Shown in pieces: positions 1-13,498 of a DNA stretch of 64,000 nucleotides. Every line of letters starts with the position of its first letter. Position 1 is the stretch's first letter. The DNA lies in contig OZ024742.1 of assembly GCA_964016885.1 (NCBI GenBank), positions 311,054,001 through 311,118,000 of the forward strand. The letters run 5' to 3'. This DNA is from Eledone cirrhosa (taxonomy: Eukaryota). Below the pieces are notes generated by a model that saw only the letters and a program-made list of their open reading frames with translations, made no database searches and was not told where the DNA came from. The position numbers and the translations under genes were made by a program.

Positions 1-1157
1 CGCCCGTCGTGGTCCACCAAAGACCGGATCGTGGCTTTGTTGCCACGACGCGCCTCCGCCACTCGGGCCCATTGAACGGCTTTCGTCCCCTCGTGTCTGA
101 GAGCACGCACTCTAGCTCTGACAACGCAACCTTCGTGCTTTGCATTGAAGAATTGGTCAAGGGCCAATTTCGCCGCAAGCACGTCGGTCGCGATGACTTT
201 GCTAAGTGCCTCGTCTAATTTTCTAACTAGTTCACCCTCTGCTCTATTTTTCTCTATTGCTAAAGCCTTACTAAACCTAATGGATTCTATTATAATCGCT
301 CTATTCAGAGCAAACCACCACTTGTTGTTGACGATGGCCCCCGTCAACGCCCGCTTAACTAGTTCGCTAATCCGGTCTCTGTAGGCCTTGCGCGCTGGTA
401 AGGACGCGTTTAGCTTCCAGTAGCCGGGTCCTCGTCTATGAAGCCTATCTAAGTCAAGCACACAGATCACGAATTTGTGGTCCGTGTAGCTGACTATCTT
501 GAATTGTGGACAGACTATGCTAGACATATCTATTTCCCTACAAAATACTCTATCTGGATATGATCTGGATGACCCTATGCGATTTGTCCAAGTCCACATT
601 GGCACATTCGGGAAATCCAATCGGTACCTGTCAGACAGTTCAAAACGCCTGAGCAGGTTGGTGAGGCTCTTGCACCCTCCACCCCTATCCGCTAATCCCA
701 CACAGTCCCAGCGTGCATCTAAGATCCCGTTCCAGTCGCCCACTAACACTAAAGAGCGGGACGTTCCAAGAAAGGTCTCCAGACGCCGGAAAAAATCAGG
801 CCGCCCTGCTCCTGTCGGGGCATAGACGGCCACTAGCCTGAAAGCTTGCCCGTCTCCGTTGGTCACGTCCAGCACCACCAACTTACCCTCTGGGTCCAGG
901 AAGATGGCCCGTATGGCGAGATCCAAACCTCTCCGAAAAAGCACAGCAACTCCTCCCCCCGATCCAGGACGGCTGGGAGATGCGTACACATCGTAGCTGC
1001 CGAAGATCGGTGCGAAGGCCCGTGCTTCGGAGATTCTGGTCTCGCTGATGGCCACTACATCTATGTTTAGTGACCTGAGGTCGTTGAGCAGGTGACCCTG
1101 CTTTCATGACGACCCCAAGCCACGCGCATTTATGCTGCCTATTCTGAGTGAGGTCAT
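1..1157 (-). pseudogene. ORF2 APE-type endonuclease region, disrupted
   Basis: Reads MTSLRIGSINARGLGSS*KQGHLLNDLRSLNIDVVAISETR, colinear with MAMLRVGCLNARGLGSTWKQAMLLNDLRSQRIDVMVICEAR of the intact copy; in-frame TGA replaces Trp. Confidence 0.9.
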
Positions 1158-1192
1158 GTTTAAAATGGAGTGGAAAAGATGGGAAAGACCAC

Positions 1193-2971
1193 TTACCGTA
1201 CTTTTCGTAGAGGAAGGATGGTTTCTCCATCCCTTTTCACATGATCGTCTGGTGAAGGGACCGTTGAATCGTCCCTTCGGCTGGTCGTCGGCTCTTCTAT
1301 GAGTATGTCCGAATATACTCTCCGGTTGAGAGTCCCTCCTAGGTCTCTGAAATCACCAACTGCGTTGGGAAATTTCGTTTTAATGTTTGTGTATTGTTTC
1401 TGTGCTATTTTTACCAGTCTTATTTCTGTGCTATTTTTACCAGTCTTATGTTCGTTGGCGTTTTGATTGGTGCTGGTATTATGTAGTCGTGCTGTGAAAT
1501 GTCTGTGTGTTCAATTATGTAAGTCATTAGTTTCTTGTGTGTATTTATTGCCGTGCATTTGTTTTTCTGGGGGTGGGGTGTGGTTCTGCTATTTTCTTGT
1601 CGTTGTTGCTGGGTGTGTGTGTTTTGTTGTTGTGTTTGCGATGTTGGTGCTTGTGATGGTGGTGTTGAAGGTGTTGTTGTTGTTGTTGTTGGCGGTGGGG
1701 TTGTCGCCGGTGGTGATGGTGGTGCTAGTGTGGGTGGTGATGGTGTTGGTGGTGTTGCTGCTGTGAGTCTCTTTGCAGTAGCCTTTACCCGTTTTTCATT
1801 TCTTTCCTCCCTTTTCGAAGGCGACGATGCGCTGCTTCTGCGTTTCTGCCTTCTTACGACCTTTTGCCATCCCTCTCCCACCTCACACTCCATGTCTGAT
1901 TCTGTGAGGTCGGGGAGGGGTACCAGCTCCACTCTTTCACTTGTCGTTGTTGGTGATGTTTGCAGTGGAGTCTCTGTTGCAGCTGCATTTGGTATTACTG
2001 TTGTTGTTGTTAATACTTCCACTGCTGCTGCTGTTCTTGATTTCTGTGGCGTGGGTATGGGTGCCACGGACCTATCGTTCCTGGTTGCCGCTTGTCCTGT
2101 TGCTGGTAGCCGTGGAGCCGGTTTCGGAAGGAGGGGGGTTTTCTCCGTTCTCAGGGTCTTCTCGTTGCAGAAGACCCTGAGGTGAGTCTTCGATCCACAG
2201 CGAAAGCATTTCGGGCGTTTGCCCTCAACACTTATGGGCAGTTGAGTGCCGTTATCGAAGTCTATCACATCCGGGATAGCTTCGATGCACTCCTGGTTGG
2301 TTTGGATTAACATCTCAATGGAGGTGCCGACGCAATCTTCTCTTACTTTTTTCTGTACTTGCAGTACAGTTGTTTTGTCCTCGATTCCGACGAGGACAGA
2401 CGCGACCAGCCAAGAAGGGGCCATCCCGGGGGGGACGTGGGTCAGTTTGACCCTCACAATTTTTGGCCCGCAGTAGGAGGGCACCAACACCATTTCCTCG
2501 CTCCTTAGGGTCACTAAGGATTGAGCCTTTGCCTCCTGGGGTGTGGCAAAAAGCACGTCTACAGTGACATATTTCTTGCCTCGGGTGATATGCGTTTTCC
2601 GCTGCCACACAGACCCTAAGGCTTTTTGTATTTGAGCTTCTGTGGCTCTTTCAACCCTACGGAATGTTGTGCTTACTGTACGGTACGTGACCGTACAGTG
2701 CTGTTGGGTTTCGAAAGATTTTTCGGCTGCCTTGCAGATTGCTCGGTGTCCGGTTTTCGTCACCATCTTCTTCGCTTCCTATAATTCCTCATTTGTTATG
2801 AGGATGGTTCCAGGTTCTTTGCGATACCTGCAAACGAGATTGGTTTTTCTTTCTTGTTGTTGTTGTTGTCGTCAAAGCTGCTGTTACTTTTGTTGTTGCT
2901 GCTGGTACTACGACTGCCGCCGCCGCTGTTGCTGTGGTTGTTGTTGTTGTTGTTGTAGTTGCTGCTGCTGC

Positions 2972-3017
<46 letters not shown>

Positions 3018-3436
3018 TTGTTGCTGTTGTTGCTGCTGCTGCTGCTGTTGTTGTTTATGCTGCGGCTGATGTTGTTTCAGCTGCTACTAGTGTTTTCCTT
3101 GTCACTGTTGCTGCTGCTTCTGTTATTACGGCTGCTACTGCTATTCTTCATGACGTCAGACGAATGAAATGACTTTCCGTATTTACCGCACACATTTTTC
3201 GTCGTTGTCGTCGTCGTGGAGAAATGTTCCACGGAATGCACGTGCTCTTGGTGAAAGCTATCAGAAACTATATTTTTCTTTTTCTTTAATGGCGTCGCTT
3301 GCGAAAGAGAAGGGAGGGAGAGAGACATATTTAGAGAAGGGAGGGAGAAAGACAATCTTTTCTCTGATGTAGTGACGATTGAGGAAGAAGACGGAATGAG
3401 TGGGAGTGACTTGTGAAAATTCTTTTTTGTAGCCAT
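1193..3436 (-). pseudogene. Tx1-like ORF1 (zinc-knuckle protein), broken by frameshifts and a short tandem duplication near 1395-1447
   Basis: VEGKRPKCFRCGSKTHLRVFC (CX2CX4HX4C) in ORF 1420-2766 matches VEGRRPSCYLCGTRGHLRAVC in ORF 41314-42888; CAG/CAA low-complexity N-terminal part. Confidence 0.85.
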
Positions 3437-3652
3437 GTTTTTTTTTTGGTTTAACATGAATATTGGGCACAAAACCCCAATAAGCGATTATTTAACCCCG
3501 AGGGGCCAAATAACGGGCAGAAAGATCCCTCTCACGAGGAGGGGGGTGTTTTTATCTACAATTTGGTTAAAGTTTCAAACAATTTACAATTGTTATAGCG
3601 GTTAAAAATTACTATACCTTACAGAGCCGAGCCTCCGTCAACCATGGCATTC

Positions 3653-3697
<45 letters not shown>

Positions 3698-4430
3698 CGA
3701 TTCTTTATTGGCCACAAGGGCCGGCACATAGGGTACAATACAAAGACACAGACAGTGGGGGTTTACAATAAGATCGAGTAAAAGTGCACAATGGCAAGAC
3801 TAATTTAACAATGAAGATATAAAAATATAAAATAAACTATGCATAAATATAACAAAATAAATTCCCCTATAGGGGGGTGGACGACCCTGGGGTGACTCAG
3901 GTACCCCACCAATCCTGAACCCCCTTGCGCTTCTAGGGCACCCGGGGAGAGCACCCGTCTCCTCCTCAAATTAGCTAGCCTATAGGCGCATGGTCAGAGT
4001 AGGCCCATTCACATGGGCCATTCTCGCCATATTCATCCACCTTTTAGCAAATGAACGGGGGGCAGCCCTTCTCTCTCCACCCTCACCTTCCTTTCCAGGT
4101 GAAACTTGAAGAAGTTGATGAGGGATTGGCCGAAGAGAAAAGTCTGTCTTCAGTCCTTTCAATTTGTTTCACCATATGACCTCTTTCGCAACTGCCACCA
4201 GACAGGAAAATTGCCTGCTCTTCCTGGCCAAAGGAAGGCGGCGCGACGATCTTCACTATGGACTCGGCAGATAGCTAGCCGGATCCGTTCTACACGCGAC
4301 CGTAGCTGTTCGACATAACTCCACAAGTCAGTAAGGCACGAACATTGGACAAGTGCGTGCAGAACGGTTTCGTCGCTCTGTGCGCATCTCGGGCAGATCC
4401 GTCTGACAACACTTCCGTGCCTGTAGAGTT
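3698..4430 (-). mobile_element. 5'-truncated 3' end of a Tx1-like LINE
   Basis: RWMNMARMAHVNGPTLTMRL* matches the ORF2 C-terminus RWVKVARMARVNGPSLYISL*; 3' UTR ends AATAAAAGAATCG followed by (ATT)n. Confidence 0.85.
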
Positions 4431-4477
4431 TATCCCGAACCGGCAGTGCCCCCCCCCCTCCCGGTAGTACATAATAA

Positions 4478-4655
4478 TTGTCTCTACATTTGGCACAAGG
4501 CCAGCAATTACCCAGTGCATTACTGGTACTTTATTTTATCGACCCCGTAAGGATGAAAGGCAAAGTTGACCTCGGCAGGAATTGAACTCAGACTGTAAAG
4601 GGTCGTAACTCTATGCTGCAAAGCATGGCGTCCGACCTTCTACCGATACTGCTAA
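4478..4655 (-). mobile_element. tRNA-derived SINE (family A)
   Basis: A-box-like GCAGTATCGGTAG, B-box GAGTTCAATTCC, and the shared body CTTTCATCCTTACGGGGTCGATAAAATAAAGTACCAG, repeated more than 15 times in the window. Confidence 0.85.
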
Positions 4656-5539
4656 AATAATAATAATAAGTTGAGCATGGGTTTCACTGCTAGTACCGGT
4701 TGAATCTCAGCGTACTCAATAGGTAATGTTAAGTAAACTCCCAGAGTAGACACATACTATTCGCTTTAACACAACACACGTAAATGGGTTCCTTCAATCT
4801 AAACCCGTACTCGAGTTTCGGCCACACTTATGCAGCAATCTACTATCTGCATTTATTATGCAACAATGCACAATCGGCGCATATCGCTTCATCAGCAGGT
4901 TTCGCCTAATCAATAACCAATCGATCGACAGAATTCGATTCCAGTCCGTGTCGACTATGAATTAATGTGACGGCCAACACGGTAAAACATTAAGAACTGA
5001 AATCACTACGCGTCATCACAATACCGTCAGTCGATTGGCCATTAATTCAGAAATTTACGTGACGGCAGGAAACGAAATTCAAAATAGTTCCGCTCCTGCC
5101 ATAAGCTCTCAAAACAAAACAAAACAACCAATGCTATTAATTGTACTTTTAATTGACCGACATATGTTTCGCCTGGCTATACAGGAACGTGAAGTAAGTT
5201 CTTGTAGTCCAGCTTATCAGAGTCTGTAATATAATGACCTCCCTCCTTCACATAGCACTTCCATACCAAGGATTTTTGCAAATTGTTCATAGTCCCCGAA
5301 CTGAACGTGCTCCGGAAGAGTCTGTTCAGACTATCCTCGTTGACGCCCAAAACCGCTCCCGTGTGGAGAGGAAAAAAGAGAACTTTGATACTTAATTAAT
5401 TAGTTAAGTAGTTGATTAACCAATTGAACGATGGATTAATTACTTGATTACTAGTTGAAACTGAAATGAAACTCAACTAGTGCACGTGTTTTAATTGATA
5501 GCGTGATCCTCCCAAAGAATAATAATTACACAAATATAT

Positions 5540-5560
5540 GTATATATGCATATATATGTG

Positions 5561-5646
<86 letters not shown>

Positions 5647-5664
5647 ATACATATATATAATATA

Positions 5665-5734
<70 letters not shown>

Positions 5735-5876
5735 TTTGTTTTGTGTATATATATATTTATATATATATATATACACATACATTCACACACAGACATATTT
5801 GTAATATATATACATTTATATTTATATAATGTGTGGGTGTATGTATCTACTATGTATAATGTAGATTTTTATATAC

Positions 5877-5970
<94 letters not shown>
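5540..5970. repeat. Representative (TA)n/(TG)n compound microsatellite; dozens of similar tracts across the window
   Basis: Directly visible; source of the YIYIYI and CVCVCV pseudo-ORFs. Confidence 0.95.
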
Positions 5971-5974
<4 letters not shown>

Positions 5975-6009
5975 AAATGAGCGTTTTTTATAAAAAGAAA
6001 AAAAAACGA

Positions 6010-7715
6010 GATGCCCTACACGGGTGAAAGTATAAGGAAAAGAAATAGAAAATGCAACTGGAGACTTTTAAGAATATTTATTTTTACCGGTTTCACAGTT
6101 CTTATGTTTTTTAAAAGTAAAATTGAGATGGAGGGTTTATATTTCTGTTGTGTTTTGTCTCGCATCTGATGCGAGACAAACCACAAAAGAAACACAAATC
6201 CAACACCAACTAATTTAACGCAAACAAACCTAATACATAACAATTCTGTATCCATAATACCATCCTCAAATAGTCACACTACTAACGAAATAAACACCAA
6301 TACAACCAGTGGTGCCATTAATGATAGTAACAAAAATCATAGTAATAACATAAATAATAATCTTAGATTACATAACAAATTCCAAACAGATAGATGCAAC
6401 TGTAGCATTAAAGCTAACTGCCCTCTTAATGGCAATTTCTTAATTAGTAGTATAGTATATAATGTAAAGTAATTACTAAAGACACTACACAATCCTACAT
6501 AGGTGCTAACTCTAATTCATTTAAGAGAAGGTTCTATTGCCATACACATTCTTTTAAAAATACTAAATTAGCTATCATCACCTCACTAGCGGAAACTATT
6601 AACAATTTTAAAATGAAAAATATAGCATACAACCTAAAATCGAGTGTCCTGAAGAGAACTAACTCATATAAAAGCGAAAGAAGGAAGTGCCAATTATGTT
6701 CTTAGGAACTGTTCCAAATCATGAAATCTAAGGATAGGTTACTATATAAAAAGCAGGAATTGATTACTTCATGTAATCATAAAATCCTGAAAACTTTTAT
6801 ATACTATAAATCTACATAATACCTGAAATCACTATGGTCATAACTAGTTTCTTCAACCAAAGGAGGCATAACTAGAAATAATGTATTCTAACCAAGATAA
6901 TATACCTATATAATAAATGATGGTTGGTAATTAATTAAATCAGCATTAATCTGATCCTTCAAAAGCGGATATAGTATTTCCTCATTTCAATAATACTATC
7001 GACTCCCAAACTAATCAAAATAACTTACATTCTAACTAACAAAATTGAAAATCATATACTTCTATCTAATGAAAATCATATACTTCTATCTAATGAAAAT
7101 CATATACTTCTATCTAAACCCTAAAAAATATCCAAAAGCAATATTAAAGTTTAAATCCAACTTAAATTATCATGTATTAATATCACCTAACATGGGATAA
7201 TTTTATCCTTCTAAATTTTTATATCACTCGATATTTTCCCATATTGGAGTTACATTTCACCTCTAATATGACTTAAGAATTAACCTGAACAACCTACATA
7301 ATTGGCACAAAATTCTTCCTCTATCCAAACCTCATTACCAATCCTAAATCAGCATTGGATTTAAGAAATAAATTATTTTCTTACTATATATGTATTTATG
7401 TATACACATATAGCCTCGATTAAGAAAGAAGGCATGCCTTATAAATTGGGTTTTTATTAGATACGTTCATTGAAATTGGGTTTTTATTAAATATTATTAA
7501 TTTATCTATCATTGTTTATTAAACATTACTTTCGCAAGTTAGCAATACAACTGATAAATTAATCTAGTAACCAAGTGATTTCCCTATATCTAAATTAGAA
7601 CATCCAAGTAAAAGCAGCTTTATTAGTTTATTTTACTTATTATCAACCTATCCCTCAATGAAGAAATCTTCTCATAGAAGATTAATTACCCCAAGTACTC
7701 ACCACAATAATGATA
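6010..7715 (+). mobile_element. Highly decayed Penelope-like element (GIY-YIG remnant) with an inverted 5' segment
   Basis: Remnant CPLNG, IVYNVK, SYIG, FKRRF, KCQLC and SCNHK at about 6400-6790 match the PLE at 11.5-12.4 kb; inversion centre GTCTCGCATC-T-GATGCGAGAC near 6167. Confidence 0.7.
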
Positions 7716-7765
7716 TTCTTCTTCTTCTTCTTCTTCTTCTTCTTCTTCTTCTTTTTTCTTTTTCT

Positions 7766-7797
<32 letters not shown>

Positions 7798-7850
7798 GTA
7801 ATGGATATAAACGAACTTGCAGCTGCAAGTAGCAGATTCGCATCCGATTG

Positions 7851-8033
<183 letters not shown>

Positions 8034-8115
8034 ATATATATATATACATACATATATGTATATATATGATAATTATATATATATATATCTTTATATTTAT
8101 ATATATAGGTATATG

Positions 8116-8171
<56 letters not shown>

Positions 8172-8532
8172 CGGTAGACGTGGGTGCAATATATATATAT
8201 ATATGTGTGTATGTGAGTGTGTGTTTATGTATGTTAGTTTTTCTTTCATATCTTCAACAACAACATCTTTAGTTTCCACAAGCTGGGCGATTCCTTCATC
8301 AAAAGCAATATAATATTACAACAAATCTATAAATCTCCACCAAATAAAATTCTGCGTCGTAAAAATAACACTTTTCGTAGTTGCACATTTTATACATCAA
8401 GCGCTATTGCTAGCAATCAGATATTCTTTCTCTGGACGGTCTTTACACAAAATCTTTCTTTTTTTTCTTTTTTTCTTTTCTCCTTGTTACTTTTCCTATC
8501 TATTCGTCTCTTAACCCCCCCCCCCCCCCTCC

Positions 8533-8573
<41 letters not shown>

Positions 8574-8574
<1 letters not shown>

Positions 8575-9727
8575 CATTCTCTGTCACTACCTCTCCTCCT
8601 CCTCTTTCCTCCTCCTCCTTCAAGTTTGACCTGTGTGTAATTCTTTTCTCGCGCAGTCTTGACCGAGCTGGTATGGAATTTTTTTTCTCTCTCTCCTTCG
8701 TCTGCGACTTCACAAAACTTGCGTTTACCGAATTCGTAGACCAGTTTTCTTTCTCTCTCTCTCTCTTCCCCCCCCCCCCCCCCGTCGAACTTGGGCGAAA
8801 TTCTTTCCTTGCTCACATTTCTACCAGGTTCGATGGTCTTTCGTCTCTTGTTCACGATTTCACAGAGTTTATATTCATAGAGATCTGGGACTTGTCTATT
8901 TCTACTCACTTTCCGTTGCTATAACCCTTTTGTTGTTACTCTAGCGTCCCCCTTTATTTACGTGTCCCAACGACTTTTTTTAGCCGTTGTTCGCACCAAC
9001 CTGAGGCATATGGCCCTTAAAGCGATGAAATGCCGAGGACGGTTGGAGGGTCACTGATGAAGGACTCACTTTTTCATATGTATCCCATTTGCAACGCCGC
9101 AGCTCCATTATTATCATCATATTTACACATATTACCTTTCCATGCTGCCTGTCTGTTTCGTTCCTTGTATCTCTACCACTTCTAGCAGTCTCCTCTCTGT
9201 TACCCTCTCCTCAACTTGCACTCACTCATTCTCTGTCACTACCTCTCCTCCTCCTCTTTCCTCCTCCTCCTTCAAGTTTGACCTGTGTGTAATTCTTTTC
9301 TCGCGCAGTCTTGACCGAGCTGGTATGGAATTTTTTTTCTCTCTCTCCTTCGTCTGCGACTTCACAAAACTTGCGTTTACCGAATTCGTAGACCAGTTTT
9401 CTTTCTCTCTCTCTCTCTTTTTCCCCCCGTCCCCGTCGAACTTGGGCGAAATTCTTTCCTTGCTCACATTTCTACCAGGTTCGATGGTCTTTCGTCTCTT
9501 GTTCACGATTTCACAGAGTTTATATTCATAGAGATCTGGGACTTGTCTATTTCTACTCACTTTCCGTTGCTATAACCCTTTTGTTGTTACTCTAGCGTCC
9601 CCCTTTATTTACGTGTCCCAACGACTTTTTTAGCCGTTGTTCGCACCAACCTGAGGCATATGGCCCTTAAAGCGATGAAATGCCGAGGACGGTTGGAGGG
9701 TCACTGATGAAGGACTCACTTTTTCAT
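8574..9727. repeat. Near-identical direct duplication (about 505 bp, period 652) between (TA)n tracts
   Basis: 8574-9079 is repeated at 9226-9727. Confidence 0.9.
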
Positions 9728-9825
9728 ATATATATATATATAAGGAAAAGAAACTCGTGTAGGACATCTCGCTTTTTTTCATTTAAAAAAAATCATTTTC
9801 TTATATATATACATGTATTTGATTG

Positions 9826-10136
9826 TTTTAACACTTTGTATCTCGGCTCGGTAAAACACTTGAAAATTTGCATTGAGCCTTTTGTCATACTGGTAACTGG
9901 CTAGTACTTAGTACTACCCTACATATTTATAGTTATATCAAACATATATATATATAAATTTAAATATAAATATTACTATATAGGTATATATATATACGTA
10001 TATAGTAATATTTATGACAAAAGGCTCAATGCAAATTTTCAAGTGTTTTACAGAGCCGAGGTACAAAATGTTAAAACGATCAAATTTTCTAAACTAAAAC
10101 GTTCTAAACTAAAATTTGATCGTTTTAACACTTTGT
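9826..10136. repeat. Inverted-repeat island in (TA)n, probably PLE-derived
   Basis: About 9826-9890 is the reverse complement of about 10012-10076; a further short inversion lies at 10070-10135. Confidence 0.6.
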
Positions 10137-10158
10137 ATATATATATATATATATATAT

Positions 10159-11201
10159 AACGAAGGAATTGTGGTAAGGGACCAGATGGACTATAACGCA
10201 CCAGAGTACTCAATACTTAGGGTAGTAGAGTGGGAAATAGGGAAAAGTATGACCCCGACGGCAGAGCTTAAGCCGTTTCGACGGCTATTTCTGGACTAAA
10301 TTAGAATTTTTAGCCTGGTGAATAAATAGCCGAACTTGTCAAGGGGGTACTTCCTTATATGGGAAGATTGTAGTTGTCAAGAGGATTGGTTCAAATTTGT
10401 TGTAAACAACCGCATGCAAACACAGATGCGTAGGACTTACCTCGCCCTCAAACCCCATAACGACCCGGGTGCGTAGACAAGGGCTGATAACCTCCCACTT
10501 GCCGAATAAGTTAGGGGAAACCCCAGCTTACATAGGTAGATGTATCTCTTTTCTTTTCTTCTTTGTCTTCTTCCTCCCCTTGTCTCATCCTATCACTTCC
10601 TCCTATTTTCCTCCTCGTCTGCTTTTCCCCTTTCGCCTACCCCGATGTAGCCCATCGGGCCTTGTAGCATCAGTTCCCCCACCCCTGTAATTTTAAGATA
10701 GAATTGGTCGATTACGTTTTACTAACTACTTATAGCAGATGTGTTAAAACCCCTTTAATTTTGTTTCAGTTTTGTTACTACTCATTCTACAAGTTTTTTT
10801 CTATTCTCAACTTATTAACCTGTAATTGTAAGATAGCATTGTGATTTTTTTTTTTTTTTTTTCATTTCTCACTATCTAATTTTATATATTTTTTTATTTA
10901 TTTTTATCATCTTTTATTGTCTCCTACTCTCATTCGATTTACCTATTCTATAACCTCCCTCCTCCACTTCATACTTTATCCTTAGAATCTGGTGTATACA
11001 TATCACCTTCAACGCTTCACCGCTCCACTCACTCCCCTATTGTTCTACAGACAAGTTCAGCCACCAAGTTCCCACCAATTGCCATGATAGACCCATTTGT
11101 GTTTACAACAAATTTTAACCAATCCTCTTGACAACTACAATCTTCCCATATAAGAAAGTACCCCCTTGACAAGTTCGGCTATTTATTCACCAGGCTAAAA
11201 A
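10159..11201 (-). mobile_element. PLE 3' end/pLTR with a partial inverted copy, in (TA)n
   Basis: 10308-10408 is inverted at 11101-11201; the same family occurs at 22640-22841 and 55212-55390; carries an HHR. Confidence 0.75.
10244..10352 (-). ncRNA. Type I hammerhead ribozyme, U3-A8 variant
   Basis: AAGTACCCCC-TTGACAA-GTTCGGCTATTT..AAATAGCCGTC-GAAACGGC-ttaagctct-GCCGTC^GGGGTCATACTT; all three stems pair; GUC triplet. Confidence 0.85.
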
Positions 11202-11519
11202 TATATATAGTGGTGTAACACTGGAAGGTAATATCCGTAGTGGTAGAGCACTCAGTCCATGGGACGAATTAGATAGAAGTGGTTACACAACAGTTAGTTC
11301 ACCATACCGAGAACAATTGTTTCACCTTAGCGGATCCTCACCTCGGAATGGGCATGGTTATAGGAACAGGAAAGACAACCGTACGAACGCACATGCGCAG
11401 AAACCCGGTCACTTCACACAGGCAATACTAGAATGCCTGCGAGAGATGTAAGGGAGATAACTGCGAAAGTCCGAAAAGTTTTTAGTTGAAAAATAAAATT
11501 ACAAAGAATCAGTCCGGAG

Positions 11520-12368
11520 ACTCATCCCACCCTCCCACTGTTTTAAGAAACTTCGTTAAGAATATCAGTACTACAATCTCAAACATCTCCTCTAATAAGG
11601 CTATCTTTGACAGGGCGGCACCCTACTATAACACGGCGTTGGCTAACAGCGGCTTCTCACAACCTATCACTTACTCTCCCACTAGCAACAACACAATTAG
11701 GAAAAGTAAGCGCAACAATAGACAAACTATCTGGTTCGCTCCTCCCTTCTCACTCAACGTTAAAACCAATGTAGGAAAAAAATTCCTAACCCTCTTAGAT
11801 AGACACTTTCCCATACCGCTCCATCTTTAACCGACACAAAGTAAAACTAAGATACTCGTGCGCTAAGAACACGAAGGCCCAAATCACCAGCAGCCCTAGG
11901 AGCAACACCCCACCAGGGTGCTCTTGCCGTAAGCCCGAAGCTTGCCCCCTTCAACAGCAATACAACACACCAGCTGTAATTTATGAAGCAGTGGTCACTT
12001 CCAACCGACCAAACCAACCACATGAGGTCAAATCCTATGTGGGCATGGCGGAAGGCCGATTTAAGGAACGTTTCCTGAACCACCAGTCTACCTTCAGGTA
12101 CCCGGACAGCCGTTCATCCACGAAACTCGCGAGCCACGTATGGTCACTCAAGGTCTCAAGTATAGACTACTCCATTCAATGAAAAGCCATCACTAAGTCC
12201 AAGCCATACGCAAGGGGGAATCCGACGTGTGGCTTATGTATTGACGAACGAATAACTATACTAAAGAGATTACGAAATAGGGATTGCCTAAACACGAGAA
12301 ATGAATTTTTCACACGTTGTCCACACGTCGCCAAACACCTATTGCATAACTACAAGGCTCCGGACTGA
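11520..12368 (+). pseudogene. PLE ORF C-terminus (RT thumb end, Cys linker, GIY-YIG endonuclease) with frameshifts
   Basis: ORFs 11486-11830 and 11991-12182 plus out-of-frame motifs. Confidence 0.85.
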
Positions 12369-12529
12369 TTCTTTGTAATTTTATATTTCAAATAAAACTT
12401 TTCGGACTTTCGCAGTTATCCCCCTTACACCTCTCGCACGCATTCTAGTATTGCCTGTGTGAAGTGACCGGGTTTCTGAGCATGCGTGTTCGTACGGTTG
12501 TCCTTCCTGTTCCTATAACCATGCCCAGT

Positions 12530-12569
12530 CCGAGGTGAGGATCGGCTAAGGTGAAACAATTGTTCTCGG
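12530..12569 (+). ncRNA. Minimal HHR-like motif with an atypical GUGAGGA core (inverted copy 11307-11346)
   Basis: CCGAG-GTGAGGA-TC(C/G)GCTAAGGT-GAAA-CAATTG-TT^CTCGG; palindromic stem III. Confidence 0.6.
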
Positions 12570-12598
12570 TATGGTGAACTAACTGTTGTGTAACCACT

Positions 12599-12657
<59 letters not shown>

Positions 12658-12681
12658 TTATTTATTAAAATAACAGATTAA

Positions 12682-12732
12682 AGTTTAAGCAAAGAATCGC
12701 TGCTTTCACCCTTAACGGGATCTTCTGAAACT
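12682..12732 (-). ncRNA. HHR-like motif with a CAGAAGA core (internally deleted copy at 15144-15186, + strand)
   Basis: AGTTT-CAGAAGA-TCCCGTTAAGGGT-GAAAGCAG..TTGCTT^AAACT. Confidence 0.6.
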
Positions 12733-12915
12733 AACAAAGTCAATCTGTAAACGCAGAACTGGATATTTCAAAAAACGTTGCAACCGGAGGAAGACAGGAA
12801 GACGATACTTTGGTTCATGGTGACGTTCGCTGGCAAAGAAGGGGAAAAAACGAATAATACGTCATTAATAGGAGCGGTGAAAAACAATTACGTGCAAGGA
12901 CAGAACCACGTTTAT

Positions 12916-12989
<74 letters not shown>

Positions 12990-12993
<4 letters not shown>

Positions 12994-13498
12994 TAATGAA
13001 ATGACAGGAGGCTGGATTTGTGTAAATCCTTGAAAGGTTTATTATACTATGATCATTTCAATGACCGGGTTCCGTATGAATCCGGTGATATCATCAGGTA
13101 TTCGACATATAATACGTGAATGTAATAGGTAAAATCCATGGGGCTGAAAATCGAGACCCGAGGGCGACCGCTATTCTGTTCCTTCAACCTCAGCCGGTCG
13201 CCCTGGAGTGACGTGGCTAAATTTTATAGTATGCTACTACCAGCTCTATACAGTGAATATCACCGGATTCATACGGAACCCGGTCATTGAAATGATCATA
13301 GTATAATAAACCTTTCAAGGATTTACACAAATCCAGCCTCCTGTCATTTCATTATAATATTTAACTCCGTAATAGCACCACCAACTACAAAAACAAAGAC
13401 GGTTGAACTGCTTTACGTTGAGTACTCTCTATATTATTGCATTACGATTGACCATACGGAATAGACCAGCTCTATACAGTGGTGAACCTCAAACCTGA

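Larger units (their letters stand above)
1..3653 (-). mobile_element. Decayed Tx1-like (L1 clade) non-LTR retrotransposon, 5' part; runs off the window start
   Basis: ORF1 has a CCHC knuckle and the ORF2 N-terminus is homologous to the intact ORF2 at 37647-41075. The 5' end abuts a (TAA)n tract at about 3654-3697. Confidence 0.9.
11208..12599 (+). mobile_element. 5'-truncated Penelope-like element with an inverted pLTR copy
   Basis: RT-end/linker HPPTVLRN..IWFAPPFS..LLDRHFP; CSCRKPEACPL; GIY-YIG VIYEAVV..SYVGMAEGRFKERFLNH; CGLC..E; CPH. 11277-11519 is the inverse of 12358-12599. Confidence 0.9.

Noticed and set aside
9-3172. Plus-strand ORFs opposite the LINE (also 37553-42837)
   Set aside because: Antisense shadows of LINE ORFs and trinucleotide repeats; no domain signal.
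7061-7115. Three copies of a 23-bp repeat, superficially CRISPR-like
   Set aside because: Direct tandem repeat (TGAAAATCATATACTTCTATCTA, starting near 7046) without spacers, in a eukaryotic context.
7655-7692. ATGAAGA plus hairpin AATCTTCT/AGAAGATT at the end of the decayed PLE
   Set aside because: Probably an HHR relic, but GAAA and NUH are missing.
7815-7830. 16-bp perfect palindrome ACTTGCAGCTGCAAGT between TA tracts
   Set aside because: Too short to assign; likely a fragment of another fold-back insertion.
9054-9100. CTGATGA core at 9054 and 9705
   Set aside because: No downstream GAAA with stem II pairing.
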